This document shows, in pieces, positions 1 to 12,330 of a stretch of 64,000 nucleotides of DNA (positions are counted from its first letter, which is position 1; each line of letters starts with the position of its first letter). Made by a program: the position numbers and the translations under genes. The DNA lies in the NCBI RefSeq assembly GCF_030144855.1, contig NC_082722.1:26784001-26848000 (forward strand). The letters are read 5' to 3'. The DNA is from Hypanus sabinus (lineage: Eukaryota). The notes beneath the pieces were generated by a model that was not told the origin of the DNA, did not search any database, and worked only from the letters and a program-made list of their open reading frames with translations.

Positions 1-846
1 TTAGTAGATCAGGAGCCACCATTTAAAAGGATGTAGTTAGCGTTCACGTTCCAATCTGCGGAAGGGTCTTCAATCTGGAATGTCAACTGGTTCTCTTTCC
101 AAAATCGGTCACTGTCGACAGGTTATTTTCTGCTTTGGATCCGATTGGGTGACGACAATACTTTTATCCTTTTTCGGCTTTGCTTCCCACATTGAGGATA
201 ATATTCATTCAGCGTGGCATCGTGGACCAGAAGGTGCCATGTGGAGTGTCTTTTAACACATGGTTATCATTGTTCACGACATACTACAGGGTTTTGTTGC
301 AAGTATATTCGATTCCATTGCAAGTTGTGCACTGCTGTGTGGATCTTTGTTGCGGATCGGGGTTAAAACTGCATTTAATATTGCAACGACCATTTCAACA
401 ATACAAGATTTCATTACATTTTTAGCTTGCTTACTGTCCGTCAGATCATATGTATCACACATTACGAATTAATTCTTGCACGTACTGCACTTTCCCATTG
501 TCCAGTCAAATGCGATTTTCGTAAACTAGTATTTAGTGGTTTCCACAGTCTCAGATGCGTGTTGACTTAGTCGTCAAAACAACTGACCTTCCAATGTTAA
601 ATATTACCGTTCCCCTTCCAAACCAACCGGCTATGAACTGGTGTGGAATTTTGAATGGATACAGGAAGCAGATGCAACGGAAACATTCAAATAACACTTG
701 GATATGTACTTGAAAATAAAGATTTGACGGGGAAAATAGTTCTATTTTCCCTACTACGCTCCAAACAGTTGTGGAATAAAATAAATTCATGATATATTTG
801 CTTTGCGAATATCCCGCTCTGAAACAAGACGAGTCGCTTCACATAC

Positions 847-890
847 CTGGTGTACATTCTGACATCCGTCCAAAGAATTTGTGTTACCCC
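847..890 (-). CDS. Gene A 44-nt cytoplasmic exon 1
   Basis: Acceptor TTTTCTGAAG, donor CAG|GTATGT; open in phase 1 to 0 ([15 protein letters not shown]). Same 44-nt length as the exons at 26354-26397 and 52375-52418. Confidence 0.75.
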
Positions 891-3800
891 CTTCAGAAAA
901 GAAATCAAAAAGAAATGATTTGCATTGTAAACATGGTATATTATTCATTTGATACCAATCGAATGAATCATGTAAGTGGAACAGCTGAAGTTACGGATCT
1001 TTCAGAAAGTATTTGTTGGTAACAGTCCTGCAAATATATTGTGTTTTGCATTAACCTGCTGCTAGGCTCAAAAGGTTTTGACTTTCAACGAGGCTGTAAA
1101 GTGATAATAGCATAACAGTGGCGGTACCGTATTTAAGTATGGCAACCAAGATGGAAATTAAAAACAATGAGATATATATAAGTTGGTTAATGTTATTTAG
1201 ACAACCAGAGGGAGTTTAGATCTACGCCAAGTCATTTACGTTTCAAAATACGGATCTGCCATTGTATAAAAATATGACATTTGAAGAACTCGAAATGGAT
1301 GTAACGGCATTCGGAAATGAGATATGAAATACTTCCAGTGGATTGGAGAAATAGTTGAACTTTAATATCAAGCATGTATTTTGCCAGAATATTATTACTG
1401 AAATCCGGCTTCAAAAATCGGGATCCATGTCCAATCATTCTGTAAATGTCATTTACTGTTTTGAAGTTAAAAGTCGTTAACGCTTCTATTTTGTACGAAT
1501 AGAGGTGATGTTTCACAGCGATCAGTGTTCTTACCGTGCGATCTCTTTAACTTGAGTTTCAGCAAAACTATTATCAGAATTAAAATTGCCAATCCGCCCA
1601 CTGCACATTCGAGAATCAATCTGGTATCAGCGCCTTGAAAAATAAACCAGGAAGCATTTATACATCGAAAAACAAATCCACACATGAGAAAAAACAGTGC
1701 AAACTATTATATCGGGTCCTTTCAAATCTCACTACACACTGATAGGAAAATGGCAGAATATACAATATTGAACAAAGAAATCTGGTTTTTAGTTTCCCCA
1801 GACACATTCCAGCTATTTACTAAGACGAAGAATAGGCACCACTGCTTTTTCCTATACTTTGCTTGACAATAGATAATCATCTAACCTAATACAATTCTGA
1901 TCTCGATACAACCTTTTAAGTCACGTCTGTCAAGCATGTTCTTTAGAACGATCAACACCCTATAGATAACTTGTAGACTCGGCAAAGGAGTCCCGGTGCA
2001 GCAACAATGCTGAAATTACTCGCTAACTTCAAGATTTTATAAGACTGTACCCTCTATGCCTCCTGAATGTGTATCGAGCATATTAAACGTATTTTCCCAC
2101 TGTTATGTTTTCCACAGCTTTACGAGTGACAAACTCGAATTAATGGAAAACTGCATAATGAAAACATAGATAAACACGAAGCATCCATTTGAACTGCGTT
2201 GCCCACTATTATTGGAAGGTAAGTACGCAAAGACTGAGTTTTGTCAAAGTTCGTTCACAGTTTCGCACCCTATGCGTTCGTTCCAGTTGGCAATCATGTG
2301 TCACGCCTCAGTGTTCAGAAACTCCTAGCTTGATGCTGATTTTGTCCCATGTCCACATTTTCCCGGTAAAACTTCGTTAATTAAATACAGCTACACTCAC
2401 CAGCAGATAGTTTACTCCTTTGTTATCTACTATGCGATTTCGAGTTTTAAGTTTTGCTTTGTCTCATCTTTGACAAATGTCTGGAGGTTTGTTACCTTAC
2501 ACGGACTACACGAAATCAATTTCTTAATTCATCCTGCATAATTTAAGCTGAGGGTATAAGACATTTGTTTTTAAACACCATTCACATTGAATGATCACTG
2601 TAATCAGGTAATCTGAAAATTTCCTCCTTCTTCCGTGTTTGCCTAGCTATTTTGTGATTGCTCTTAACCAGATTTGATCGACACATCTATATCATTTGGA
2701 AACGGTTCCATCTTGCCCGGAGTTCTAGAAATTCTGAACATGTTGAATATTCAGAGTAACACACAAAATGCTGATGGTGCACAGCAGATCAGGAGAGCAA
2801 TGAAATAACGACATTTCGGTCCGATACCTTACATCAGGACGAAATCAAGGCACCCTCTTACCTTGCTCCAGGATGTAGCCGCAACTGACAGGTACCGTGA
2901 GGGAGACATGCGAAACCAGGCAGGTGTAAACATCTTTTCCCCAAGCCGACTGATTAATTTTCAGTGAACTGTAAGCCTCGTACGATCTTTCCGCGGTCGG
3001 GTTTATCTCAGTTTCTATTCCAGTGCGAATTTGCACGTTATTTTTTAGCCAGACGAATTCTAATTCCTTCGGATAGAAGGCAGCTGTTTTACAGAGGAGC
3101 TGCAGAGGAGACGAAAACTCTCCAATAGGAACGATTTCCAATGGAGTTGGGGGAGCTTGAATAAAAATACAGTTATATTGGGCGTTTACCATTCGTTTAG
3201 TTAAAGTAGATTCCTTTATCTTCCCGCCAATTACGATGACATGTCACTATCAAATAAGTTACCCGCCATAGGTTACCGTATTTTATAAATTATTTTAAGT
3301 TCAAGTTCAAGTTCATATTTATTAAACCAGACAGATGTACATGGCTAAATGAAACATACTTCTTCTGGGGTCAACTGCAAAATACGTTCCATTTATTCAC
3401 ACACAGCACGTGTAGACACCATCCTGCACATACAGTGCAAAACAAACAAAGTAAAATCGAGTCACAATACAGAAACAGATCAAAGGAAGAATTCGAAGAA
3501 GACACCGAGAAGGCGAATCTAAGTGGTAGAATATGAGGAAGACATTCTGCTTTGAATGTGACACTAGGGGACATGGAGAAAGGACCCGAATTCAGGACGC
3601 AGACACTGAAGTACTAGATAGATAGATAGATAGATAGATAGCTAGATAGATACTTTATTCATCCCCAAGGGGAAATTCTACATTTTTCCAGTGTCCCATA
3701 CACTTATTGTAGCAAAACTAATTACATAAATATTTAACTCAATATAAATATGATATGCATCTAAAATCACCCTCCCAAAAAGCTTTAATAAATAGCTTTT

Positions 3801-6800
3801 AACAAGTTCTTAAATAGTTACTAAAGTGCATTGAGTGGTAACTTAAGCTCAGTCCTAACCCCGGCACTTTAACATGTCTTGCCTCTGGTGGTTGAATTGC
3901 AGAGCCGAATGGCGTTGGGAAGTAATGATCTCTTCATCCTGTCTGAGGAGCATTGCATTGACAGCAACCTGCCGCTGAAGCTGCTTCTCTGTCTCTGGAT
4001 AGTGCTGTGCAGAGGATGTTCAGGGTTTTCCATGATTGGCCGTAGCCTACACAGCGCCCTACTAGGGCAGGACAGGAACAAATAAAGGATAGAGCAAGAT
4101 AGGGAGACCGTGGCGTTCTTGAGGCACGTGGCATTCAAAGGTGATCCTGTGGTTCAGAGATTGGAGTTCATGGCGAGGCAGGACCCTGGCTAGGCTAGAG
4201 GATGGGTCTGTGGGACAAGGAATCCTGGGAGGATAGCCCCCCTGGGCGGACCGCATAACAACTGGGCCGGGCTCGGCCTCCCAGGCAGGAACACAGGGAC
4301 TTGGGCACGTCGCTGGGCACCTGGGCAGCTGCGGAGCACAACCCAACAGAAGAGAGGGGTAGGAAAGATTCAGTCCACCACTGGGCAACGGCAGTCCGGC
4401 CTGCTTACCAGATGGAGGCAGGGGATCGGAAGGAAGCTTGGTCAGGCCTGACTACGAGAAAGGACTTACAAAACTAGTTGATTAACCGTGGGTACTCCAA
4501 GCCGGGACAAACTGAACGAAACCGTGCGAACAGCGCAGGCAGGACAAACATGACGCACGGGTCGGAACGGGGTAAACAGGGCGACCAGCGCAACCAGGAC
4601 GACCAGGTCGAAAGAGGATAAATAGGGCAACCAGTACAAACATGACGAACTAGGTCGAAACGGGATAGACAGGCGAACAGCCAACAGCGCGAACAAGGCG
4701 AACTGGACGGAAAAGCGGGACCAGCGCGGACAAGGCAAACCGGCGAACAGGACAAAACAGGACGACTCCGCAACTAGACTCAGTCTCAGAGCCCCTTATC
4801 ATTTAACCTCGACAACCCTTCGCTTTAAATTTGATGTCTTGTGATTTGCCCTTCAACCGAATTTGTCTGCAGCTCCCCATCTCACATTATCTAACCCGAA
4901 TCAAATTCTTCGTCTAAAAATGAGGTGGTTCCATTCATCTGCTATGTAAAGCCTTTGAGTGTTTAAAGTTGTTAGACAGCAAATGCCACGCCATTGTTAA
5001 AAACAGTATGTAGGGAAAAGACGGGTAAATATAGGCTAGCTCAACATTTGTAGTCAGGAAATGCTTGAAGCTGTCATTAAGAAAAAAAAAATAGCGAAGA
5101 AATTAAAAAGCAGAGGCTCCATTAGACAGACGCGGCATAGATTTATAAAGGTCAGGTCCTGTTTGACAAGGTCACTGGAGCTTTTTGAGAACATAATGAG
5201 TGCTGTGGATGGAGGGGAACAGATGGATGCCGTATGCTTGGATTTCCAAAAGGCGTTCGATAAGGTGCCTCACGAGTGACTTGTGAATTAGATAAGGATG
5301 CATAAAGTCGGATGAAGTGACTTGGCATGGATAGTGGAATGGTTATCCAATAGAAGGCAGAATGTTGGTATAAATGGACGTTTCTCCGGTTGGCATTCAC
5401 TGGTGAGTGGTGTGCTGCAGAGTTTCGGTGCTGGGTCCGCAGCTGTTTACCATCTGCATTGATGATTTGGAAGAGGGGACTGAGTGCAGCGTAGCAAAAT
5501 TTGCTGACGACACTAGTCTGAATGGAAAAGCAAAGTGTATATAAGACGTGGACAGTCTGCAGATGGCTATTGATAAATTAAGTGAGTGGGCTAAGGTCTA
5601 GCAGATGGAATATAATGTTGGTAAGTGCCAGATTACCCACTTTGGAAGGAATAATAGAAGAGCAGTTTATTATTTAAATGGTGAAAGATTGCAGCATGCT
5701 GTTGTGCAGAGGGACTTGGGTGTGCTCGTGCATGAATCACAAATATTTGGCTTACAGGTGCAACAGGTTATTAAGAAGGCATATGGAACCTTAAATTTCG
5801 TTTCTGGATGGATTGAGTTCAAGATATGGGAGGCCATGTTGCAACTGTACAGGTTCTAGTGACTGCACCTGGAGTACTGTGTGCAGTTCTGGCCACCATA
5901 CCTGAGGAAGGATATATTGGCTTTGGATGCAGTGCAGAGAAGGTACACCAAATTGATTATCGAGATGAAGTGGAGAGATTGAGTCGCCTGGGACGATACT
6001 CTCTGGAATTCAGAAGACTGAGAGTGGATTTTATAGAAACGTACAAAACTTTGGAAGGGATAGATAAGATAGAAGTAGGAAAGTTGTTTCCATTGGTAGG
6101 CGAGACAGAAACTAGGGGACACTGCCTCTAAGATTCAGGGAAGAAGATTTAGGATGGAGATGAGGAGAAACTGTTTTTTACAGAGAGTGGTGATTCTGTG
6201 GAATTCTCTGGCAGGGAAACAGCTGAGGCATCTTCCCTAAATATATTTAAGATACAACTAGATAGATTTATACACAGTAGGAGAATTAACGTTCATGGGG
6301 AAAAGGCAGGTAGATGGAGCTGGGATTTGGGACAGATCAACTATGATGTTATTTAATGGCGGTTCAGGCTCAATGGGCCAGATGGCTTACTCCTGCTCAT
6401 ATTTCTTAAGTTCTTATGTTCTTATGGGCTGGCTAAGGAATACGTCAATGCGGGAAGAAGGTGAGAATTTGTGTAGGAATATAGGCATAACAAAGATATG
6501 GTTGGAAATATCAACGGGCCAAAAAATAAGTGGAGCTAAAGCCAATCTGCAGAATCACATCGAAATAATAAACAGAATAATCTGAAAAAAATCCAAAATG
6601 GTATTTTCCTGTTTAAAAAAAAGCTGGAAAGGAAATTAATGGCAAAAAATTTTCAACCAGCAATAATATTTCACAACATTCCAGCAATCTTGGCTTTTCT
6701 TCAAATGCAAAGAGATGAAATTTTTCCACTTGCAGGAATAAAGATACCTACTCAACACGATAAGCTGAGAGCCACATCCATTTCCCAATACTTGTTGTTG

Positions 6801-7298
6801 ACTTTTCACTTGACAGTAATACAAGCCGACATCTGAGTATGTCACATTCAGGAGGGTAAATGTGCCGCTGCCTTTCTTTACATTGAACACATTTCTGCTG
6901 TCTGGTTGTATAGGTGCTTTCTGACCCTTCATCATCCACAAAACTTCAGCAGTATCTTGTAGCATTGGAAATTTGCAGTACATGGATCCATTTCCACCGA
7001 TTGAGGTTTTTAAGTTTGCAGGGAATTGTTCCACTTCGACCGAAGTTGTTTTTGTGGCTGACAAAGCATAAGTGAGAATTATGAATACAGTTGCATTCGC
7101 TGGAAAACGAATCAGTAGACAAAATACGCAGAATACTGGTATGCGAATTGGATGTTTACTGTGGCTAAATTTGCTGCAGGTAAATGATAGAAAATATTGT
7201 AAGATGCCTGTTTCATAGATTGGGCTCAAAAATTTAAGCATACCTGGCCAAAGCGCGGCGAGTAGAGCCACGAAACAAACGGTTGCATCCACCGACAT
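847..7298 (-). CDS. Gene A: non-rearranging VJ-C1-TM IgSF receptor (SIRP/PRARP-like architecture); 5 exons visible, tail exons expected left of the window
   Basis: Exons 7298-7244, 7057-6752, 3155-2862, 1633-1535 and 890-847 all have GT/AG boundaries and join (phases 1,1,1,1,0) into 798 nt = 266 codons without a stop: [31 protein letters not shown]...[32 protein letters not shown]...[10 protein letters not shown]...[50 protein letters not shown]. Confidence 0.88.
1535..1633 (-). CDS. Gene A transmembrane exon
   Basis: Acceptor TTCAAG, donor G|GTAAGA, 99 nt. Hydrophobic [20 protein letters not shown] followed by basic KLKLKR. Confidence 0.9.
2862..3155 (-). CDS. Gene A C1-set Ig exon
   Basis: Acceptor TTCAAG, donor G|GTAAGA, 294 nt. 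C1 hallmarks [17 protein letters not shown] and [10 protein letters not shown]. Confidence 0.92.
3615..4060 (-). mobile_element. Rex1/Babar-type LINE 3' fragment with (GATA)n tail
   Basis: [41 protein letters not shown] matches the Rex/Babar ORF C-terminus; GATA repeat at 3615-3652. Confidence 0.7.
4060..4790. repeat. GC-rich LTR-like / unclassified repeat fragment
   Basis: Strongly strand-biased, internally repetitive (CAGGACAAACATGACG-like units), similar in style to 27556-28548; absent from the paralogous introns. Confidence 0.4.
4985..6425 (+). mobile_element. CR1 LINE, degenerate RT and 3' end
   Basis: [19 protein letters not shown]-like region, [26 protein letters not shown]; (TTCTTATG)-type tail at about 6410. 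Confidence 0.88.
6752..7057 (-). CDS. Gene A V-type Ig exon with J-like G strand
   Basis: Acceptor TGTCAG, donor A|GTAGGT, 306 nt. Shows VEQFP A strand, B-strand Cys, C-strand Trp, DVGLYYC and [11 protein letters not shown] (G-x-G motif). Confidence 0.92.
7244..7298 (-). CDS. Gene A leader (signal peptide) exon
   Basis: ATG at 7298; [18 protein letters not shown] then phase-1 donor G|GTATGC. Same 55-nt length as the gene C leader. Confidence 0.85.
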
Positions 7299-7354
7299 TG
7301 CAAATGAGTGTGGTCTGTCTGAAAGATAGAAATTCATAGGATGTAATAATCAAG

Positions 7355-7400
7355 TGCAGATTATATAGGAAGTCACATACTCAAGGCTACGTCAATGCCT
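7355..7400 (-). promoter_or_regulatory. Candidate proximal promoter of gene A
   Basis: TATATAA about 65 nt upstream of the ATG, an adjacent ETS-type AGGAAGT (7367-7373) and a TGACGT half-CRE (7389-7394). These are only partly kept in the gene C copy, and a conserved TTTCTATCTTTCAG just before the leader could instead be an acceptor for an upstream non-coding exon. Confidence 0.25.
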
Positions 7401-7858
7401 TGGGTTGAAGATAATTTGTAGATACAGGAAATCCCGTGGAATACACACAACGAGCGAGCGGATCTCTGCATCAATTGTGAAAAGCAAACAGTCTATGTTT
7501 CAGGGGAGTTACTTCCCCTGGAACGGAAGGGGGCGGAAGTTCACAATAAGGAGAACTTATTGTATGTTATTGTTAATGGGGGCAGGGGGACTTAAAGAGA
7601 TGGTGCCTGATAGGTGGATTTATATCCATCTCGATAGCCTCCAACCTGCTGATCTGAACATAGAATTCTCAGACGTTCAATAATTTCTCCCGTACAGCTT
7701 TCATCGTTTTCTATTTCCCATTTTGGTCCCATTTTATCCCTTCTCTTCTCTTTACCTCGCTTATTTGCTGCTCTTTGTACACTGTCTATAATGGCCCAAT
7801 GTCATCTCCAATCAGATTCCTTCTAATTTAGTCTTTCACCACTTGAAGTTAATAACTC

Positions 7859-8178
7859 ATCAGGGGTGATTGAAAAGTTCGTGGTCTAAGGTAGAAGGAG
7901 ATGAGTTCGTTACTTCAACCTTTCTGCGTGATCGCTGGAACGGTTGACCTGCATGTGCATGTACCGAGAGCTGTATAATTCATCACCTTCTACCTTAGGC
8001 CATGAACTTATTAATCACCCATCTGTGGACACTTTCTGGAGGTCCAAGATCCGAATGCTCCATGACCGTTGGACTACGTGTATAAATTTAGGAGGGTACT
8101 ATGCTGAAAAATAAATGTTCTAGGTTTTCTAAAATTGACTCCTACCTTAGGCCAGGAGCTTATCAATCACCCCTCATA
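7859..8178. mobile_element. Mariner-type MITE
   Basis: Terminal inverted repeats GGGGTGATTGA(A/T)AAG...CTAAGGTAG at both ends, plus an internal copy near 7985-8020. Confidence 0.7.
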
Positions 8179-9019
8179 CAACACAGGAAAATGTCTTTCG
8201 ACAAATGAAGACTGCATCGATCATAATGCAAATTGAACTCTATCGGATTGGACGTAGGCTATATCGCTCTTTTTCGCCTGTTCATGGGCTTATTTGAATG
8301 TCTTTTAACCGTTGTGATCAAATTCACGCTCTCTTGTAGCTCTGCCATGTCGCCTATTACTGTCTGCGTAATGTACCTGCTTCGCAACCTTATTTAAATT
8401 TTCCTCTCTCATTTCAAGGCGATGCCCCATGTTAACTGCCGCTAAAAAGAATGAGTGGTATCGGTAAAGAAAATGGCAAGGCCAACAGGCTTAGAGGATC
8501 TCGGTCCACGAGGACATTGAGACACTGTTTCGGAGAAAGGAGTCCTGCATCATCTATAGGGAACCGGTTCAAGCAAATCCCGACAGAAATAGAAAATGTA
8601 CTTCAGTAGACCCGACGGGAATTATGAGAGCACAAAGGTAGCATGATACAACTTCTGAATAGAAAGCAAAAGGAAATGAGGAAATAAGCGACATAGAATT
8701 CGCGATGACCCAGCTTTAAAATATTATTTCCCATCACTGTGGTTAAACTCATGGTAACTGAGGGATTAAAGGGAATTAACATTTTTTAGCAGATCCACAT
8801 GAGAAAAATGGAGGCGTCGGGGGAACGTGGGTGTTCACGGTGTAAGAACTCAGACCGTTTGATGAACTTAACGGCACCTGAACAAATATATCTTTTGACA
8901 TGTGAAAAGCCAGAGGAGAAATTGTAAGATCTATTGCAAAGATATCTGCATCGTCTTTAACGAACATTGTGTTACCGTGGCAAATGTGCATTTACTTAGG
9001 AAGATCTGCAAGTACAAGA

Positions 9020-10330
9020 GGAGAGCTGAAGGTGGCGAGCCCAGCATTGGTGTGTGGAAACATACTGGAGTGGACCGGAGGGAAAGAATTTATCGCAATT
9101 TGAAAAGGGAAAGTTTGAAAAAGTGCCAGTCAGCATGGATTTATCATTTGGGATCACACATTTGATTGAGTTGCTTTGATGAGCTGATGAAGAAAAATGA
9201 GGAGTGCAACAAATGGACTATAACTTCGTTGACTTTTGCAAGGTCCTGTATTTCAGGCTTGCAAAGAATACTCGATGATATGGGAGCCAGTGTGAGTCAG
9301 CCACCTGCGCACAAGAACACAAAATTGGTTTAGTAGAAGGAGTCAAACAGTGATAGTGGAAATTTGTTATCAAGAATGACCGCCTGCAACTAGTGGTGTA
9401 CTGAACAGGTAGGCTCCATTTCCAGTATTGTTTGTCATCTCGAAATATTCAGATTAACTTCGGTAATATCTTTCGGAATGCAACGAAATCGGTGATATAT
9501 TATACAATGAAAGATATCTACGACGATAAACTGCGAAAGCAGGACAAGCAAATGCAGATAGAATATTATTCGGACATTTGCGAAGTGTTGAACTTTCGTT
9601 AGTTAAACCAGGGCAGGAATTGCACAGTAGATTGCCCAGGGCAATGAAGTAAAACAAAGTGACTGAGGGTACATGCAGATTGATCATTGAACGTGACAAT
9701 AGAGGTGGGCAGACTGGTGAAGAAGTTGTTTGTCACATTTATTCATAGTTGTAGCAATGATTACAGCATCTGCGCCGTCAAGTTCAGCTGTAATGTTCGT
9801 TGGTGAAGCATATCAGAGTATTCTGTACATTTCTCATCAGCCTGCTACAGAAAATGCCCGACGAAGCTTGAAGTAGTCCAGAAAAGATTCACAAATACAT
9901 TTGCGGGACAGCCTGTTTTTAACTGTAGTGTAAGTGTGGGGTTACTCTTCCCTGGAGCTCAAGAGATTGACTGGTGATCTGATATATTTAGGGGCGTAAG
10001 CAGGGGTATGGTAACAGTCTTTTACACAGAATAGCTGAATCGAAAATCAGAATGCATCGATTCAAGGTGAGAGAGAAAACATTTAAATGGATCTAGGTCA
10101 AGTCCAAACAGTATGGGATGAATCCGTAGAAGTGGCTACAATTGCAATGTGTTAGAAACATTTGGATTGGTACATATATAGAAAAGATTTACTGTAGTAA
10201 GTTACAAACGCATGAAAACGGGTCCAGATGGGATAGGTTTCTGGGTCTACATGGGCGAAATGGGCCGAAGTCCTGGTGCAGTCCCATTTGAAGCCATGGA
10301 TCCATCTTAATGGTGCTGGGGTGCGTTCCT
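9020..10330 (+). mobile_element. Old degenerate CR1 fragment, partly shared with the gene C upstream region
   Basis: Decayed QHGF, DFAK and RFTN-like motifs; 9020-9410 matches the reverse complement of about 45440-45860. Confidence 0.55.
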
Positions 10331-11559
10331 GGGAATGCCGGGGATAACAGGGTGCTGTGAGAAAGCTCTAGGGTTATTGTGTGTTTTAGGTATTTGGTGC
10401 TTGATAGTAGGCATGAAGGTAGTCACGCGAATGTGTTCGGTGTATGTATCACTTATTCCCGTAAGCTAGCAAAGTATTCTCCAGTTGTGTCGTCATGTTA
10501 ATTCAAGTGAAGGATCAAGGACTTGAATCAATTGTCCCATTCATATGAAATTAATTTATGCGAAAAATACGCACCTGACTTTTGGTGCTGAGAGCAATAT
10601 TCCGCTGGTTAATAGAAGGGAATGATGATAGTCACAATCGAGGGTAAAAAAAAGTGCAAATGTCGTAAGAGTTTAAAATGCAACTTACAAATATTGGCCA
10701 GATTGTATGTAAATCTTCAAATGCCTGTTAATTGACATTTATTCACTGCTAAAGCTGTGTGTAATCTGTTTGAAAGTACTGATAACCAAGAAAAAAATCT
10801 TTTGCGTTTTAAGATTTTAAATCTTTAACTTTTGTTTTCGTTTTGGAAGATTTGAGAAGTTTTGAAATTTACCAGAAAAAAAAATCAGATGGTTAAAACT
10901 TTTTCGGTTTGACGGTCCCGCTGAACTTGAAGGCATTTAGATTAATTTTTTTCAAGAGATTTTTTGGACTATTCGAGAAACCCATGAATTGTGCAATATC
11001 TGACTATTACCATGTGCATGACTTTATAACATAAAATGTTTCCCCAGCCACCAGGAGCGTTCTCATAGTTAAAAATACTTACAGACATCTTGCAGAGATT
11101 GCAAATTCCACTGTATTTATACTGCGACGTGAAAGGGGCTTGGTCGCGCAGGGAGAATCAAAGAGCGGGAAACAAAATCACTCCTTTAATTTGCAACCAT
11201 TCATCGGGCGATCGATCAGAAATTTTAGATCTGTTTCGCTCTCCCCTGACGCTCGATGTTTACTATACTTTTGAGGGCATCGTTTGTTTTTCGATTTTGC
11301 TTCGGTTGTCCAGGAATCACTATGCTATCTAACCTGATATTCATCCCCATGGTCTTGTGTTACTTCATTCACGTCTTTGAAAGCAAAGTGAGAAGATTGG
11401 ATCCAAGATCAAAGGGACTACAGCATGCTGTGAGCTCAGCGGCTGCTATCGAAGCAATACGCCGTCAGACACGGTACGTTACCCTTAGCTCCCAGTGTTT
11501 CCATTTTCCGATAATGTCGAATATTTCCTCAAAGGACTGATAAAACAGCATTCAATTCA

Positions 11560-12330
11560 GTAACACAAGAGTTTCTGGAGGTACTGGAATCTAGTGCAAC
11601 ACACAGAAAGTGAACTCAGCAGACCAGGCAGCATCTATGGAAATGAATGAACAGTCAACGTTTCGGTCCGAGTCCCTTCATTAGGAATTGAGGGGAGGGT
11701 GGAATATGCCAGAATAAAAAGACGGTGAGATGGAGGACAAATTAGAAGGAGATAGGTGAAGTCAGGTTGAGGGGGCTTTGCGGGGAGGGGTAAGAGGGCC
11801 GTGTGCGGTTGGGCGGTGGGATGAAGTAAGAAGCTGGGAAGTAAGAGGTTGAAAATGCAAAGAGCTGGATGATAAGGAATCTAGTAGGAGAGGAGAGTAG
11901 ACTACGGGAGAAAGAGAAGCAATAGGACAGAAGTGGCGGATATAGGCAGCAGAGCAGAGAGGATAAGCGGACAGAGGTGGGACAAGAAGAGAGACATGGG
12001 AGGGAAAAATACATGAAGGAAAAGTCGATGTTGATGTTGTCAGGTTGGAGGCTACGTAAACTGAATCCGAGGTGTTGCTCGCACACCCTGAGAGTAGCCT
12101 CATGAAGGCATAAGAAGAGAAAATGAATCGAAATGTCGAAACGTGAATGGATAGAAATAAAAATAATTGGCCACTCGCAAATTCCGCATTTTGGGATGGA
12201 CTGGAGTTGCTCGAAAAAGTGGTCCTCTGGTTAAGTCGAGTCTCACCAGTGCAGACGAAGCAGCATCGGTAACTCTGGCTACAGTAGACGACGCTTCCCG
12301 ATTTACAGGCAGAGTGTTGACCTGCATTGA
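11560..12330 (-). mobile_element. Penelope-like element 3' fragment
   Basis: EQHLGFSLRSLQPDNINIDFS GIY-YIG end plus terminal repeat; same insertion as 42020-42710 in the duplicated block. Confidence 0.7.

Noticed and set aside
6752-7057. Calling the genes NKp30/NCR3, SIRPA, CD79A or IgNAR
   Set aside because: NKp30 has a single longer V and no C1, SIRP-alpha has two C1 domains, CD79a has no C1 and an ITAM, and IgNAR rearranges. No symbol can be supported without a search.
7289-7306. Octamer-like ATTTGCAA next to the gene A ATG
   Set aside because: One mismatch, overlaps the start codon context, and is not kept in gene C (ATTAGCAA).
6636-7337. 233-aa ORF reading through leader, intron and V of gene A as one exon
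   Set aside because: The 186-nt intron happens to be open and a multiple of 3; the 175-nt gene C intron is not, and both have canonical splice sites.
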